A stretch of DNA of 64,000 bases, taken from assembly GCA_018714345.1 (NCBI GenBank), contig DVNO01000036.1, positions 240-64,239 of the forward strand, given 5' to 3'. Made by a program: the position numbers and the translations under genes. This document shows positions 48,476-58,732 of the stretch, one piece after another; the first letter of the stretch is position 1, and each line of letters starts with the position of its first letter. The notes below the pieces were generated by a model that saw only the letters and a list, made by a program, of their open reading frames with translations, did no database searches and had not been told where the DNA came from. The stretch is from Candidatus Enterousia avicola (GTDB lineage Bacteria; Pseudomonadota; Alphaproteobacteria; Rs-D84).

Positions 48476-49192
48476 TTATGCAGCCGCCGTAAAAACTTTC
48501 TGAACGTCATCATTATCGTCCAATGCATCAACAAGCTTTTCTAGCTTTGCATAAGTTTCTTCGTCTAAATCCATCGGCATATTTGGAATCCAAGTAAGTT
48601 CAGCACTTTCCGGTTCGCCCAACTTATCCGACAAAACTTTCTGAACTGTCATAAAGTCATCTGGCTTTGTTGTAATAATGAATCCTTCGTCAGACGATTC
48701 TAGATTGTCGGCATTTGCCTCCATTATGATTTCCATCATTTCGTCTTCTGTTTTACCAATTGATGCAGGATAGAAAATCTGCCCCACACGTGTAAACATA
48801 AACACAACACTTCCCTCTTCCCCCATGTTGCCACCATTTTTGGCGAAGATATTACGAACATCTGGAACCGTACGACGCGGGTTATCGGTCAACGCCTCTA
48901 CAATAACAGGAACAGCCCCTGGTCCATAACCTTCATAACGCACCGCAACATAGTTTTCTGTATTTGAACCAGACGCTTTATCAATTGCGCGCTTAATATT
49001 ATCATTCGGCATAGAGTTCTTACGAGCATTCAAGACCGCCAAACGCAACCGAGGGTTGTTATCTGGATTTTTATCGCCCAATTTTGCCGCCATTGTTATT
49101 TCACGTGCCAGCTTCGTAAACAAACCGCTACGAGCTGCATCCACAGCACCTTTTTTGTGCTGAATATTATGCCATTTGCTGTGTCCACTCAT
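48476..49192 (-). CDS. yebC: YebC/PmpR family protein
   Basis: MSGHSKWHNIQHKKG, YEGYGPG, LTDN, LDDNDDVQKV. Confidence 0.96.
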   Translation of the reverse strand: MSGHSKWHNIQHKKGAVDAARSGLFTKLAREITMAAKLGDKNPDNNPRLRLAVLNARKNSMPNDNIKRAIDKASGSNTENYVAVRYEGYGPGAVPVIVEALTDNPRRTVPDVRNIFAKNGGNMGEEGSVVFMFTRVGQIFYPASIGKTEDEMMEIIMEANADNLESSDEGFIITTKPDDFMTVQKVLSDKLGEPESAELTWIPNMPMDLDEETYAKLEKLVDALDDNDDVQKVFTAAA

Positions 49193-49242
49193 ATTTGACC
49201 TTTTACTTTTATTTGATTAAAATTACTACAAAAGGATAACAA

Positions 49243-49821
49243 ATGATTGGGAAATTGCAAGGCATAGTTGATTATATTGGTGATGGGTTTATTATATTAA
49301 TGGTACACGACGTTGGCTATAAAGTCTTTACCCCTGAATACTTAACCCCAAAATCAACTGTGTCTTTATGGATAGAAACAGTAGTTCGCGAAGATTCAAT
49401 AAGGTTATTTGGTTTTTCGTCCATAGCTGCCCAAAACCTGTTTATACAACTAAACGGCGTATCTGGTGTTGGTCCCAAGGTAGCCTTGGCCATAATGAGC
49501 ACGATAAAAACAGACACACTGATGTCCGCAATCGCAACAGGTGACGCCAAGACGATAGCAACCGCGCCGGGGGTTGGAAAAAAAGTTGCTGAAAAAATAA
49601 TATTAGAATTAAAGAACAAGGTCGGTGGTGCGTCTTTCGACTTTGGTGCGTCAAATTCTGACGGTTCTGCCCTGCCTGATTTGCTGGCTGCACTAGAATC
49701 ATTGGGTTACAGAAGATTAGATATAATAGATATAGCCCAAAAATTGGTAAAAGAAAATCCAAGCTCGGACGTTGCCAAATTAGTACCAATGGCATTAAAA
49801 GAAATCAGTGGGAATAAGTAA
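49243..49821 (+). CDS. ruvA: Holliday junction branch migration protein RuvA
   Basis: MIGKLQG, VVREDSIRLFGF, VSGVGPKVAL, PGVGKKVAEKIILELK. Confidence 0.96.
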   Translation: MIGKLQGIVDYIGDGFIILMVHDVGYKVFTPEYLTPKSTVSLWIETVVREDSIRLFGFSSIAAQNLFIQLNGVSGVGPKVALAIMSTIKTDTLMSAIATGDAKTIATAPGVGKKVAEKIILELKNKVGGASFDFGASNSDGSALPDLLAALESLGYRRLDIIDIAQKLVKENPSSDVAKLVPMALKEISGNK

Positions 49822-50966
49822 TGAATAAAATCAAACAATTTTTATATGCAATAGGCATTTTAACAAATGTGCCCCATAAAAAAATAAACAGCATAGACGA
49901 ATTGCTGCAATTGCCGTTTGAAAGTACCCCGAATCAAAAACGGGTTCATCATGTAGATTTGTCTGAAATAGACTTATCAAAAGAGAAAGATATGTTCACA
50001 GGTCCCCTTCCAAAATACTACGTTTCACCCGAAGAAGCGAAAAAATTAAAAATTGTGACAAACTGGACCACAGATGTAATCTGGCCTACTGCAGACAAAT
50101 TGCCACCTGATTTTAATCCTGTAAAGGAACTAGAAACCGCAAAAACCCCGACGGACACAATTAACTTGCATAAATCCGGTAAAACCGGCAAAGGCATATC
50201 AATAGCGATTATTGATCAGCGCTTAAATAGAGAACACCCAGAATATGCCAGCAACATAAAACATTATTCTGTTTTTGGGCCATGGGATAAAAACGGAATT
50301 GATTATCATGGCAGTTTGGTTTCTGGTTGTGCTGTCGGCCACACAACAGGGACTGCCCCCGACGCAAATTTATATTACTTTGCCGCGCCAATGATTGTAG
50401 ACGGTGAACTGGACAGAAAATATATAAACGAAGCAATCAGACAGTTATTAGAAATAAACAAAACATTACCCGAAAATAAGAAGATAAGATTTTTATCATG
50501 CAGTTGGGGCGGTACAAAAGACAACGGCGTAGATGAAACTAAAGTACTTTTTGATGAATGCGAAAAAAGCGGAATTATGGTAATTGGAGGAGCATATAAA
50601 GCAACATCAGAATATATTCCATACGACAAAAAATATAAAAACAAAACAAACCTTATCGGGATTCCAACAAATGGAAAAACAACACCGTTTTGGCAAGGTG
50701 GCTATTATTACACTCGCCAAGGAGGAACATCTTCAACATTTCCGTATATTGCTGGAATTCTTGCTTGTGCAACACAAGGAAATGAACTATTTTTCACACG
50801 CAAAAATTGGCCGGATGAGTTAAGAAATATAATAAAGCAAACCGCAACAAATTCACCAGAACATGGTTTAGCAATTAATCCTGACGGGATTGCAGAAACA
50901 GTTACACAAATTACGAAAGAAATGGAAAAGCAGATAATAATAAACAAAAGTAAACAAAATGAATAA
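49821..50966 (+). CDS. S8 (subtilisin-like) serine peptidase
   Basis: TGKGISIAIIDQ (Asp), HGSLVSG (His), GGTSSTFPYIAG (Ser). Confidence 0.88.
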   Translation: MNKIKQFLYAIGILTNVPHKKINSIDELLQLPFESTPNQKRVHHVDLSEIDLSKEKDMFTGPLPKYYVSPEEAKKLKIVTNWTTDVIWPTADKLPPDFNPVKELETAKTPTDTINLHKSGKTGKGISIAIIDQRLNREHPEYASNIKHYSVFGPWDKNGIDYHGSLVSGCAVGHTTGTAPDANLYYFAAPMIVDGELDRKYINEAIRQLLEINKTLPENKKIRFLSCSWGGTKDNGVDETKVLFDECEKSGIMVIGGAYKATSEYIPYDKKYKNKTNLIGIPTNGKTTPFWQGGYYYTRQGGTSSTFPYIAGILACATQGNELFFTRKNWPDELRNIIKQTATNSPEHGLAINPDGIAETVTQITKEMEKQIIINKSKQNE

Positions 50967-52266
50967 TAACGAAAATATTTTTGCGCTGTCCAGTGGACAT
51001 GGAAAGTCCGGTGTTGCAGTAATACGTGTATCGGGCGATGATTTATATAAATTATTTTTGCAAATAACCAACCGTAAATCCGCAGACGCACGACATGCAT
51101 ATTTTGCAAACATGCGCGACGACGACGGCGGTATTATAGACCAAATTGTTGCAACCTACTTTGCGGCACCTGCTTCTTTTACCGGAACCGACATGATAGA
51201 AATCTATTCACATGGTGCACCGGCGGTAATTGATAAAATATTTGAATATCTATCCGCAACTGGTGCCCGCATGGCGGCACCCGGTGAATTTTCAAGACGT
51301 GCCTTTTATAATGGGAAAATGGACTTGGCGGATGTGGACGGCTTGGCCGCCCTGCTGGATGCACAAACAGATGCACAAAGAAAAAGTGCACTTACGTCTA
51401 TGATGGGCGGAGACAGTCATATATATGATGCATGGCGCAAACAAATGATAGAAATTTCTGCCTATGCGGCAGCAATGCTTGACTATTCAGAAGATGAATT
51501 ACCAGCAAATATAGAAAAAACTATCCGCGAAAAAACAGAAAAATTATACACGGAAATAGAACTATCATTATCGCGCTATGCGGCGGTTCGTGCTATCCGC
51601 AGCGGTTTTAATATCGCATTGGTTGGTGATACAAACGTTGGAAAATCATCCCTGTTCAATGCAATACTTGGGGCAAATCGTGCAATTGTATCCGACATAC
51701 CTGGCACAACCCGTGACGTTGTATCTGCATCAATGGACATTGGCGGATATTTGGTAAATCTGTCTGATACGGCGGGTCTACGTGAAACAGAAGACACAAT
51801 AGAAAGAATAGGAATCGAGCGCACACAATCCGAAATAGAAAATGCAAATTTAATATTGCGTGTCGTTGACGGTTCTAAAAAAGTTAAGAATCAAAAATTA
51901 GCTGACAATGAAATCTTAGTAATTAATAAATCAGACCTATCCAAAGATAAAAAAATCAAAGATGCAATTTACGTGTCTGCAAAAAGCAGTGACGGAATAC
52001 CCCATTTAGTACAAATAATTAAGAAAAAAATTTCAGAACTTACAAAAAATTCTGAATCAAGCGTGGCAGTAAATGCACGTACACGTACACTTCTAACTGA
52101 TGCAGCAAGCGAGTTAAAAAATGCCCTCACTGCCCCCGCTGGAAATTATGACATCTTTTCCGAACACACACGTCGGGCTGCAGATGACATAGGAAAAATA
52201 CTTGGTGTAATCACCGCCACAGACGTGATGGATGCGACATTTTCACAACTGTGCCTAGGCAAATAA
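50959..52266 (+). CDS. mnmE: tRNA modification GTPase MnmE
   Basis: GVAVIRVSG, SFTGTD, PGEFSRRAFYNGK, NVGKSSL, PGTTRD, DTAGLR, FSQLCLGK. Confidence 0.96.
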   Translation: MNNNENIFALSSGHGKSGVAVIRVSGDDLYKLFLQITNRKSADARHAYFANMRDDDGGIIDQIVATYFAAPASFTGTDMIEIYSHGAPAVIDKIFEYLSATGARMAAPGEFSRRAFYNGKMDLADVDGLAALLDAQTDAQRKSALTSMMGGDSHIYDAWRKQMIEISAYAAAMLDYSEDELPANIEKTIREKTEKLYTEIELSLSRYAAVRAIRSGFNIALVGDTNVGKSSLFNAILGANRAIVSDIPGTTRDVVSASMDIGGYLVNLSDTAGLRETEDTIERIGIERTQSEIENANLILRVVDGSKKVKNQKLADNEILVINKSDLSKDKKIKDAIYVSAKSSDGIPHLVQIIKKKISELTKNSESSVAVNARTRTLLTDAASELKNALTAPAGNYDIFSEHTRRAADDIGKILGVITATDVMDATFSQLCLGK

Positions 52267-52354
52267 AAACTTTAACAGTGCAAAATATCATTCTGATTAT
52301 TCTATATTTTTCTTAAAGCTAACAAAATAATTTAAGTAATTATTTTGAATAAAA

Positions 52355-52386
52355 AGTACCCGCCAAAAAGGCGGGCTATTTTTTAT
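52355..52386. terminator. Terminator between convergent mnmE and the ligase gene
   Basis: CCCGCC-AAAAA-GGCGGG with flanking A and T tracts. Confidence 0.65.
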
Positions 52387-52401
52387 TAACGCTGTTTAGA
52401 A

Positions 52402-53982
52402 CTACTCTTTTCTGATTGGATATTTACCATCGATTAAGTTCTGACGAACGACGTGATGTTTTACCTTTTGTGTACTTGTCATTGGCAAATCATCTGTTGT
52501 CATAGCAAAGTGAGTTACCCATTTATATGAAGCAACTTTCTTATTCGCCTGCGCAACGGCCGCCGCCAATTTTTCCAGCGTCATTGATGGTTCAACACTG
52601 AACACACCATAAGTAACAGTTTTATTTTTCACCTTGTGTTCAAATACGGCAACGTTCTTAACACCTGGTATTTCCATAAACATGGCTTCCAATTCATCTG
52701 GATATACATTCTTTCCAGAATCCAAAACGATAACCTGCTTTTTACGTCCTGCAAAATGCAATTCACCGTTTTTATCCATAGACACCATATCACCAGTATT
52801 AAAGAATCCGCGTTCATCAAACACTTCTTCGTTTACCGATGGATTATTCAGATATCCACCAAACACCTGATGACCACGCAGCCATAATACACCGACCCCA
52901 TCTTCGTTTTTATCACGAATTTCGCATTCGTTATTTGTTGTTGGCGCACCAAAAGCAAACGGGAAACGTTTCTTTGTTGGCTTTGATATACAGATTGGAC
53001 CAACCGTTTCTGTTAATCCATATCCTTGTATAAAGGTCAAACCAAGACGTTCATAAAATGTTTCAACTTCTGGCTTTGTTGCGGCCCCACCTGCAATCAA
53101 CAAACGTGCACGACCACCAAACACGGCCAAGACAGGTTCTTGCACTTTACGAACCAATGCCCCAAGGCCGATTTTCTTCAATAATTTACCATATTTCAAA
53201 ACTATAGATACCAGCCACCATTTACGTTGAGCTTTTATATTATCTATAATTTTATTACGGAAAACTTCCCATAATCTTGGAACAGCGGGAATAACATGTG
53301 GACGATAAACCCTGAAGTCTTCCAAAATTTCTTTCGGGTTAACAGTTGGCTGTAACAATACCCCCGCCCCATAATGCAGCGTTGCCAACAATTCAACGGC
53401 AAAGCCGAAAATATGGTACATAGGTAAAAATCCATACATAACGAATCCAGGTTGAATCCACTCATGCATATCTTCCAAAGAATTAGAACACTCAATCAAA
53501 TTAAAATGAGTCAAAGGAACAACCTTTGGCGTTCCAGTAGAGCCCGACGTAAATGATAACGTAGCAACATCCAAAGACTCTAATTGAGCAGGTTTTAATT
53601 TCGGATCTGCTTTACCATCTTTCTTTGTGATATCATAGAACTTAAAGTTCTTTGTTTTATAAAAGAAAGACTTTTCTGCGCATACGATATGGCAATCCGT
53701 AGTAGCAGTCATATTATCATATTCAAATGGCGTCAAGTTAGTATCCAGCAACAGCGCGGTTCCACCAAGATACCAAATTGCGAATAACGTAATTGGGAAT
53801 TCTGGTATATTATGCGCCAAAACACCAACTATATCACCTTTTTTTACACCTGCCGCATGCAAAGACGTTGCACGGGCTTTTACCAAATCAACAAATCCTG
53901 AGAACGTAACGTTTTCGCGGACCAGGAACAAATTATCTGGCCAAGTCGTTGCTGCACGCTCCAGTAATTGATACATATTCAT
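52402..53982 (-). CDS. AMP-binding enzyme, long-chain fatty-acid--CoA (or ACP) ligase-like
   Basis: FTSGSTGTPK, QGYGLTET, FNTGD, GRKKQVIVLDSGKNVYPDELE. Confidence 0.9.
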   Translation of the reverse strand: MNMYQLLERAATTWPDNLFLVRENVTFSGFVDLVKARATSLHAAGVKKGDIVGVLAHNIPEFPITLFAIWYLGGTALLLDTNLTPFEYDNMTATTDCHIVCAEKSFFYKTKNFKFYDITKKDGKADPKLKPAQLESLDVATLSFTSGSTGTPKVVPLTHFNLIECSNSLEDMHEWIQPGFVMYGFLPMYHIFGFAVELLATLHYGAGVLLQPTVNPKEILEDFRVYRPHVIPAVPRLWEVFRNKIIDNIKAQRKWWLVSIVLKYGKLLKKIGLGALVRKVQEPVLAVFGGRARLLIAGGAATKPEVETFYERLGLTFIQGYGLTETVGPICISKPTKKRFPFAFGAPTTNNECEIRDKNEDGVGVLWLRGHQVFGGYLNNPSVNEEVFDERGFFNTGDMVSMDKNGELHFAGRKKQVIVLDSGKNVYPDELEAMFMEIPGVKNVAVFEHKVKNKTVTYGVFSVEPSMTLEKLAAAVAQANKKVASYKWVTHFAMTTDDLPMTSTQKVKHHVVRQNLIDGKYPIRKE

Positions 53983-54051
53983 AACAAAAATTCCTTGTTT
54001 TTTTTATATTGGACAGGCATTATTATACCCACAAGGAAAAAGATTTCAATT

Positions 54052-54822
54052 ATGAAAATACTTACATTAAACATAAACTCTATACGAGCCCACGCAGAAA
54101 GTTTTATAGACATCTTGCGTGCAGGTGAATATGACGTCATTCTGGTTCAAGAATTAAAAGTCGAAACAGCGAACTTTCCATATAACATTTTTGATGAATA
54201 CGGCTATAATGTTAAAGTTTTCGGGCAAAAAAGTTGGAATGGTGTTGCAGTTTTTTCTAAATATTCAATAGAAGATACAACAATTGGACTACCAAACTAT
54301 CCGGACATTAACGCAAGATTTATCGAATGTGTTATTGACGGTCGCGTACGTATTATAAATGTATATATGCCAAATGGAGACACCATAGATTCACCCAAAT
54401 TTCCATATAAATTGGAATGGATGCGTGCATTTACAGCACACATAAACCAATACATAAATTCGCCAGAACAGGTAATTATAGGTGGTGATTTTAATGTAGC
54501 TCTTACAGACAAAGATGTGTGGAAGCCGGCAAATTATGTAGGTATTGCTATTGCCGCACCACAGGCGCGTGAAATCATGCAATCATGGCTAGACGCTGGT
54601 TGGACCGACGTTTGGCGCACTATGCATCCAAACGATATAGACTATACATGGTATGGATATCGTGGCGGTGACACAATAGGTAAAAAACAAGGACTGCGTC
54701 TAGACTATTTCTTGGCAAATCCAACAGCAATGAAGTCAATAAAATCATGTGAAATAGATATGGCACCACGATTGGCTCAAAAGCCAACAGATCACTGTGG
54801 TTTAATGATAAAAATAGATTAA
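54052..54822 (+). CDS. xth: Exodeoxyribonuclease III
   Basis: NINSIR, VQELK, WNGVA, YMPNG, GDFNVA, GLRLDYFL, TDH. Confidence 0.94.
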   Translation: MKILTLNINSIRAHAESFIDILRAGEYDVILVQELKVETANFPYNIFDEYGYNVKVFGQKSWNGVAVFSKYSIEDTTIGLPNYPDINARFIECVIDGRVRIINVYMPNGDTIDSPKFPYKLEWMRAFTAHINQYINSPEQVIIGGDFNVALTDKDVWKPANYVGIAIAAPQAREIMQSWLDAGWTDVWRTMHPNDIDYTWYGYRGGDTIGKKQGLRLDYFLANPTAMKSIKSCEIDMAPRLAQKPTDHCGLMIKID

Positions 54823-54826
54823 ATTC

Positions 54827-57340
54827 CTAATCGTTGCAACGGGCTAAATCATCATACATTTTGTATTTAGCCTCGTGCGTTTGCCGATATTCGTAAGGTG
54901 CACGACCGACCAAAAAGATGTCTATTACCTGCTTTACTTTCTCTACGGCCGCTTTCATCATTTGCTCTGTAACGACCGAGTCATAGTTAACAGTCTTCAC
55001 ATCTCTATTTTTTAACTGCAAAAACATCATCACAGGCGTTTGCGATTTTATGGTGGTTTTTATCGGAAAACCACCTTTTTGTAAAATATATGCTTCTAAC
55101 GGTAATTGAGGCATAGTCCCCTTTTCTAGATTAGATTTAGATGGAACCGCACCAGTTTTAATATCCATTACCCCGCCATCCCATATACGGTCTGCACGTG
55201 CCCTGACAGTATGACCATCTATTGTTATTTTACCGTCAATTTCTGGTACAGAACCAACCAAATCTGTCATCAGATTTGCAACAACTGGCGCAATTTCTAA
55301 AAACCTTTTATGCCAAAAGTGAAACAATACACTGTCTGCACCAAGCTTTTCTAACGCCCTTGCATCCATTTCTTGAACCAATGTGGTTGGCGAAAAATCA
55401 CTACTTTTTTCTATAACCTCGTGCACTAAATTACCAAAATCCCTTGCATCTGGCAACGCCCAGTAATCATTTAGAACACGTAACCTTAACAAATGCCGTA
55501 CATAAAAAGCATATGGATTATGAATCAATAGCTCTAAATCTGTAACATATATATCCCCCCAATCAACAGGTGGACAAGGCGCAGAGTAATCAAGTGGCAA
55601 TAGTTCAACTTTATCCCTGCCCCGAACAATAGACAGCACAGACTTTTCAAAATCTACATCATATTTTCCACGCCTAACGGCCACCCTAGACAAGAATCTG
55701 GACGGCATGGTTTTCACCCCACCAGACGTAGAACTTCGTGTCCAAAAAACATCTTTACCACAAGACAAGTTCATAAAATCTAGCGCCTGCAAAGAAACTT
55801 TTCTATCTGGTGACGGTAACCCAATTTTTTCAGCTATATCACGTGGCAACCATGCGTTTTCATATCCCTGGGCAGGAAACATTCCATCATTTAGCGCTGT
55901 CAAAATTACCACATCCGCCGTCTGCATTCGTGATTCTATTGTTCCTAACACGATAATTTTAACATCTTCATCTATCTGTGTACGCACCTGAACAGAACTA
56001 AGTGCATCTGCTATAAAAGAACGGGCATCAGCTAAAGTTAGTCGCATATTCAGCGTCTTTAAACATTCAGACAATTCTTTCAATGCCTGCCAAATTTGAA
56101 TAGAATCACTTTCATCCAGCAAAAACTTAGGTTCGAAATCAAGTTCATAATCATCAACAATGCTAACAAGCGTTCTAATTAAATCATAGCCACAAGAACT
56201 ATAAACATTATCAAAAAAAGACGTATCATAATTTTCTATCCATTCGTCAAATTTATTTAATATAGCCCGCCCTAAAAGCGTCCTTGTGCCAGGTATTGCA
56301 CCGGAAAAATCTGCCTTTAAACCACGTGCCTTAAATTCTGCCGCTATACGTTGATTTCCGGCCGCATCGGGCGTTATAACCAATACTGTTTTATTTTCTT
56401 CAACTGCTTGGGTTGCAATCTCTGCAACAACAACCGCTTCTTCGCTCTCCCTTTCACAATTAATTAAATGGCAATGCGATAAATCTGTAAATTCCTGCGG
56501 TATATCTGTATCGTTACCAAAAGCACAGTTGAAAAAGTTTATACAACTTTTGCCAACATCTATCGGAACTAGCTCTTGCATCGACACCCCTATACGATTT
56601 AAAAACTTATATTCCGCATTATACGGATTAGTAGCCAGTATAAAGTCTTCATGTCTTCCATCAATATGACCAGATAAAATAATTCTTCCATTCGGCATTT
56701 TCGCTATGGCTTCCATCAAATCTGCCGTTGCTGGAACACTTGCCGTTGAACCACAAACGACAACCAGTTTATACTTGTCTAGCGACTTTATCCACGCCCT
56801 GATATCAGAATTACGTACCTGAGTTTTAGTTGGTTTGTTATTGGTAACAAGCTTTTGTGCCTCAGACAAAATGTTTAGTAGCTTGGCCTTATGTTGGAAA
56901 TGTGCTGCATACTTATCATCAACAAGTTCCATCCAATTTATTTCGGTTACATCAACACCTTCGTTTTCAAGATAGTCCTGCATGCGTAACAAATCATGCG
57001 CCACAGGTAACGCCGTTACAACATTTCCTATACTTGCATCAGCCACAAGTAATTTAGTAATTAGGGCCAACCTCATAGTATCTGATAGCGCATCAACAGA
57101 TTCTTCATCTTCTTCTGAATTTTCATCTGACCCCTCGCCCAGCGCAACCAAGCGCGGTAAAAAAATACTATGACCTGCCCTATCAACTAAAAACTTTTCT
57201 AAACCTCGTACAGCACGACGACTCGGCAAAAAAATCAACATATCGGACAAAGGCACGCCAGAATCCTGTAATACTTTATACAAAGCATCCATCATCCGCG
57301 CTGGATTTGTCGCATAAAAAATGTTTTTATTTGATGCCAA
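54827..57340 (-). CDS. addB: AddB-like double-strand break repair protein (C-terminal PD-(D/E)XK nuclease)
   Basis: IFLPSRRAVR, GSTASVPATADL, LGTIESRMQ, PSRFL, NPYAFY, RARADRI...DIKTG...QLPLEA. Confidence 0.85.
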   Translation of the reverse strand: MASNKNIFYATNPARMMDALYKVLQDSGVPLSDMLIFLPSRRAVRGLEKFLVDRAGHSIFLPRLVALGEGSDENSEEDEESVDALSDTMRLALITKLLVADASIGNVVTALPVAHDLLRMQDYLENEGVDVTEINWMELVDDKYAAHFQHKAKLLNILSEAQKLVTNNKPTKTQVRNSDIRAWIKSLDKYKLVVVCGSTASVPATADLMEAIAKMPNGRIILSGHIDGRHEDFILATNPYNAEYKFLNRIGVSMQELVPIDVGKSCINFFNCAFGNDTDIPQEFTDLSHCHLINCERESEEAVVVAEIATQAVEENKTVLVITPDAAGNQRIAAEFKARGLKADFSGAIPGTRTLLGRAILNKFDEWIENYDTSFFDNVYSSCGYDLIRTLVSIVDDYELDFEPKFLLDESDSIQIWQALKELSECLKTLNMRLTLADARSFIADALSSVQVRTQIDEDVKIIVLGTIESRMQTADVVILTALNDGMFPAQGYENAWLPRDIAEKIGLPSPDRKVSLQALDFMNLSCGKDVFWTRSSTSGGVKTMPSRFLSRVAVRRGKYDVDFEKSVLSIVRGRDKVELLPLDYSAPCPPVDWGDIYVTDLELLIHNPYAFYVRHLLRLRVLNDYWALPDARDFGNLVHEVIEKSSDFSPTTLVQEMDARALEKLGADSVLFHFWHKRFLEIAPVVANLMTDLVGSVPEIDGKITIDGHTVRARADRIWDGGVMDIKTGAVPSKSNLEKGTMPQLPLEAYILQKGGFPIKTTIKSQTPVMMFLQLKNRDVKTVNYDSVVTEQMMKAAVEKVKQVIDIFLVGRAPYEYRQTHEAKYKMYDDLARCND

Positions 57341-57881
57341 TTATAGTCCTTAATGGTTCTAAGCCAGTTTTCTTTTCTGCCGATGTTTCCAAAATTTCGG
57401 CGATCATAGCAGGATGATTCTCGTGACTTATTTTTTGCTGTGATTTTTCACGTATACGCTTATCTTTCTTAGTATACACAATTTGGTATGAAATTCCATG
57501 TATGTCACAAAAGTCCATTAAATCCAAGTCAGAATCACGTGCGCCTATTCTAGAATCAATCAAGATAAACAATCGACGCAACTGCCTGCGCGTCATCAAA
57601 TATTCTTCTAATCTTTGCAACCAATTGAGAGCATCTTCCTTAGAAACCCGCGCATATCCGTAGCCTGGCAAATCAACCAACATAACCCTATCGTCAATAT
57701 TAAATAAATTCAACGTCTGTGTGCGTCCCGGTGTATTTGAAGTCCGCGCAACATTTGCATTTACTACCGCATTTAATAAAGATGACTTCCCAACATTGCT
57801 GCGCCCAACAAAAGCATATTCTGGGAATTGAGTATTTGGCAAAGACGGGACTTTATCAAAGCCACCAACGAATTTTATCAT
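57327..57881 (-). CDS. engB: Ribosome biogenesis GTP-binding protein YihA/YsxC
   Basis: GRSNVGKSS, TSNTPGRTQ, DLPGYGYA. Confidence 0.95.
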   Translation of the reverse strand: MIKFVGGFDKVPSLPNTQFPEYAFVGRSNVGKSSLLNAVVNANVARTSNTPGRTQTLNLFNIDDRVMLVDLPGYGYARVSKEDALNWLQRLEEYLMTRRQLRRLFILIDSRIGARDSDLDLMDFCDIHGISYQIVYTKKDKRIREKSQQKISHENHPAMIAEILETSAEKKTGLEPLRTIIGIK

Positions 57882-58678
57882 TACGCATTTCCTTTATTCA
57901 GCATACGCTTATAGGCTTCTTTTTTAGATATCCCTGCCCGTTTGGCTAAATCTGCTGCCGCAGATTTAGTAGACGTTTCAGACGTTATATCATTTATAAT
58001 TTCAGAAATTTCTTCATCTGACATCTTATGATCTGGTGCCGGCGAAACAACTATCACAATTTCCCCACGTGGTGGCTCTATATGCAGTAAATCTGCTGGA
58101 TATCCAATAATTGTTTCTTCATGAATTTTTGTTATTTCTCGAACAACCGCGATCTTTCGTTCTGGCATAACACGATTCAAGGCAGCTATGGTTGTCATTA
58201 TACGATTTGGGCTTTCGTAATAAATTATCGTATGCCTAATTTTATTATCATCACGCAATTTCTTTTCATCAAAGAACCCACAGAAAGTAAACCTGTCTGT
58301 TGGAAAGCCCGACAAGACCAGCGCAGAAATTGCTGCAACAGGTCCAGGAACAACGTACACAGGAAGACCTGCTTCACGCGCCGCCCGCACAAGCCTGAAT
58401 CCAGGATCGCTTACCCCCGGCATCCCAGCATCTGATACAGCCGCAACGGATATTCCTGTCTGTAATTTTTCTATTAAATCTGGAATTACATCACGCTCAT
58501 TATGCTCATGACAAGAAACACGAGGTGTTTTAATATCGAAACGAGCTGCCAATTTAGCAAAAACCCTTGTGTCTTCTGCGGCAATCAAATCAACATTCTT
58601 CAAAACCTCCACCGCTCTTGGTGACATATCGGACAAATTTCCAATTGGCGTTCCGACTATATAAAGCCCTGTTTGCAT
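57881..58678 (-). CDS. rsmI: 16S rRNA (cytidine1402-2'-O)-methyltransferase
   Basis: LYIVGTPIGNLSD, AAEDTR, SDAGMPGVSDPG, YESPNR, REITKIHEE. Confidence 0.96.
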   Translation of the reverse strand: MQTGLYIVGTPIGNLSDMSPRAVEVLKNVDLIAAEDTRVFAKLAARFDIKTPRVSCHEHNERDVIPDLIEKLQTGISVAAVSDAGMPGVSDPGFRLVRAAREAGLPVYVVPGPVAAISALVLSGFPTDRFTFCGFFDEKKLRDDNKIRHTIIYYESPNRIMTTIAALNRVMPERKIAVVREITKIHEETIIGYPADLLHIEPPRGEIVIVVSPAPDHKMSDEEISEIINDITSETSTKSAAADLAKRAGISKKEAYKRMLNKGNA

Positions 58679-58732
58679 TGCAATTCCTTTTATAGTAAAA
58701 TGATACATAATTAAATGGATTTTTCAATGCAT

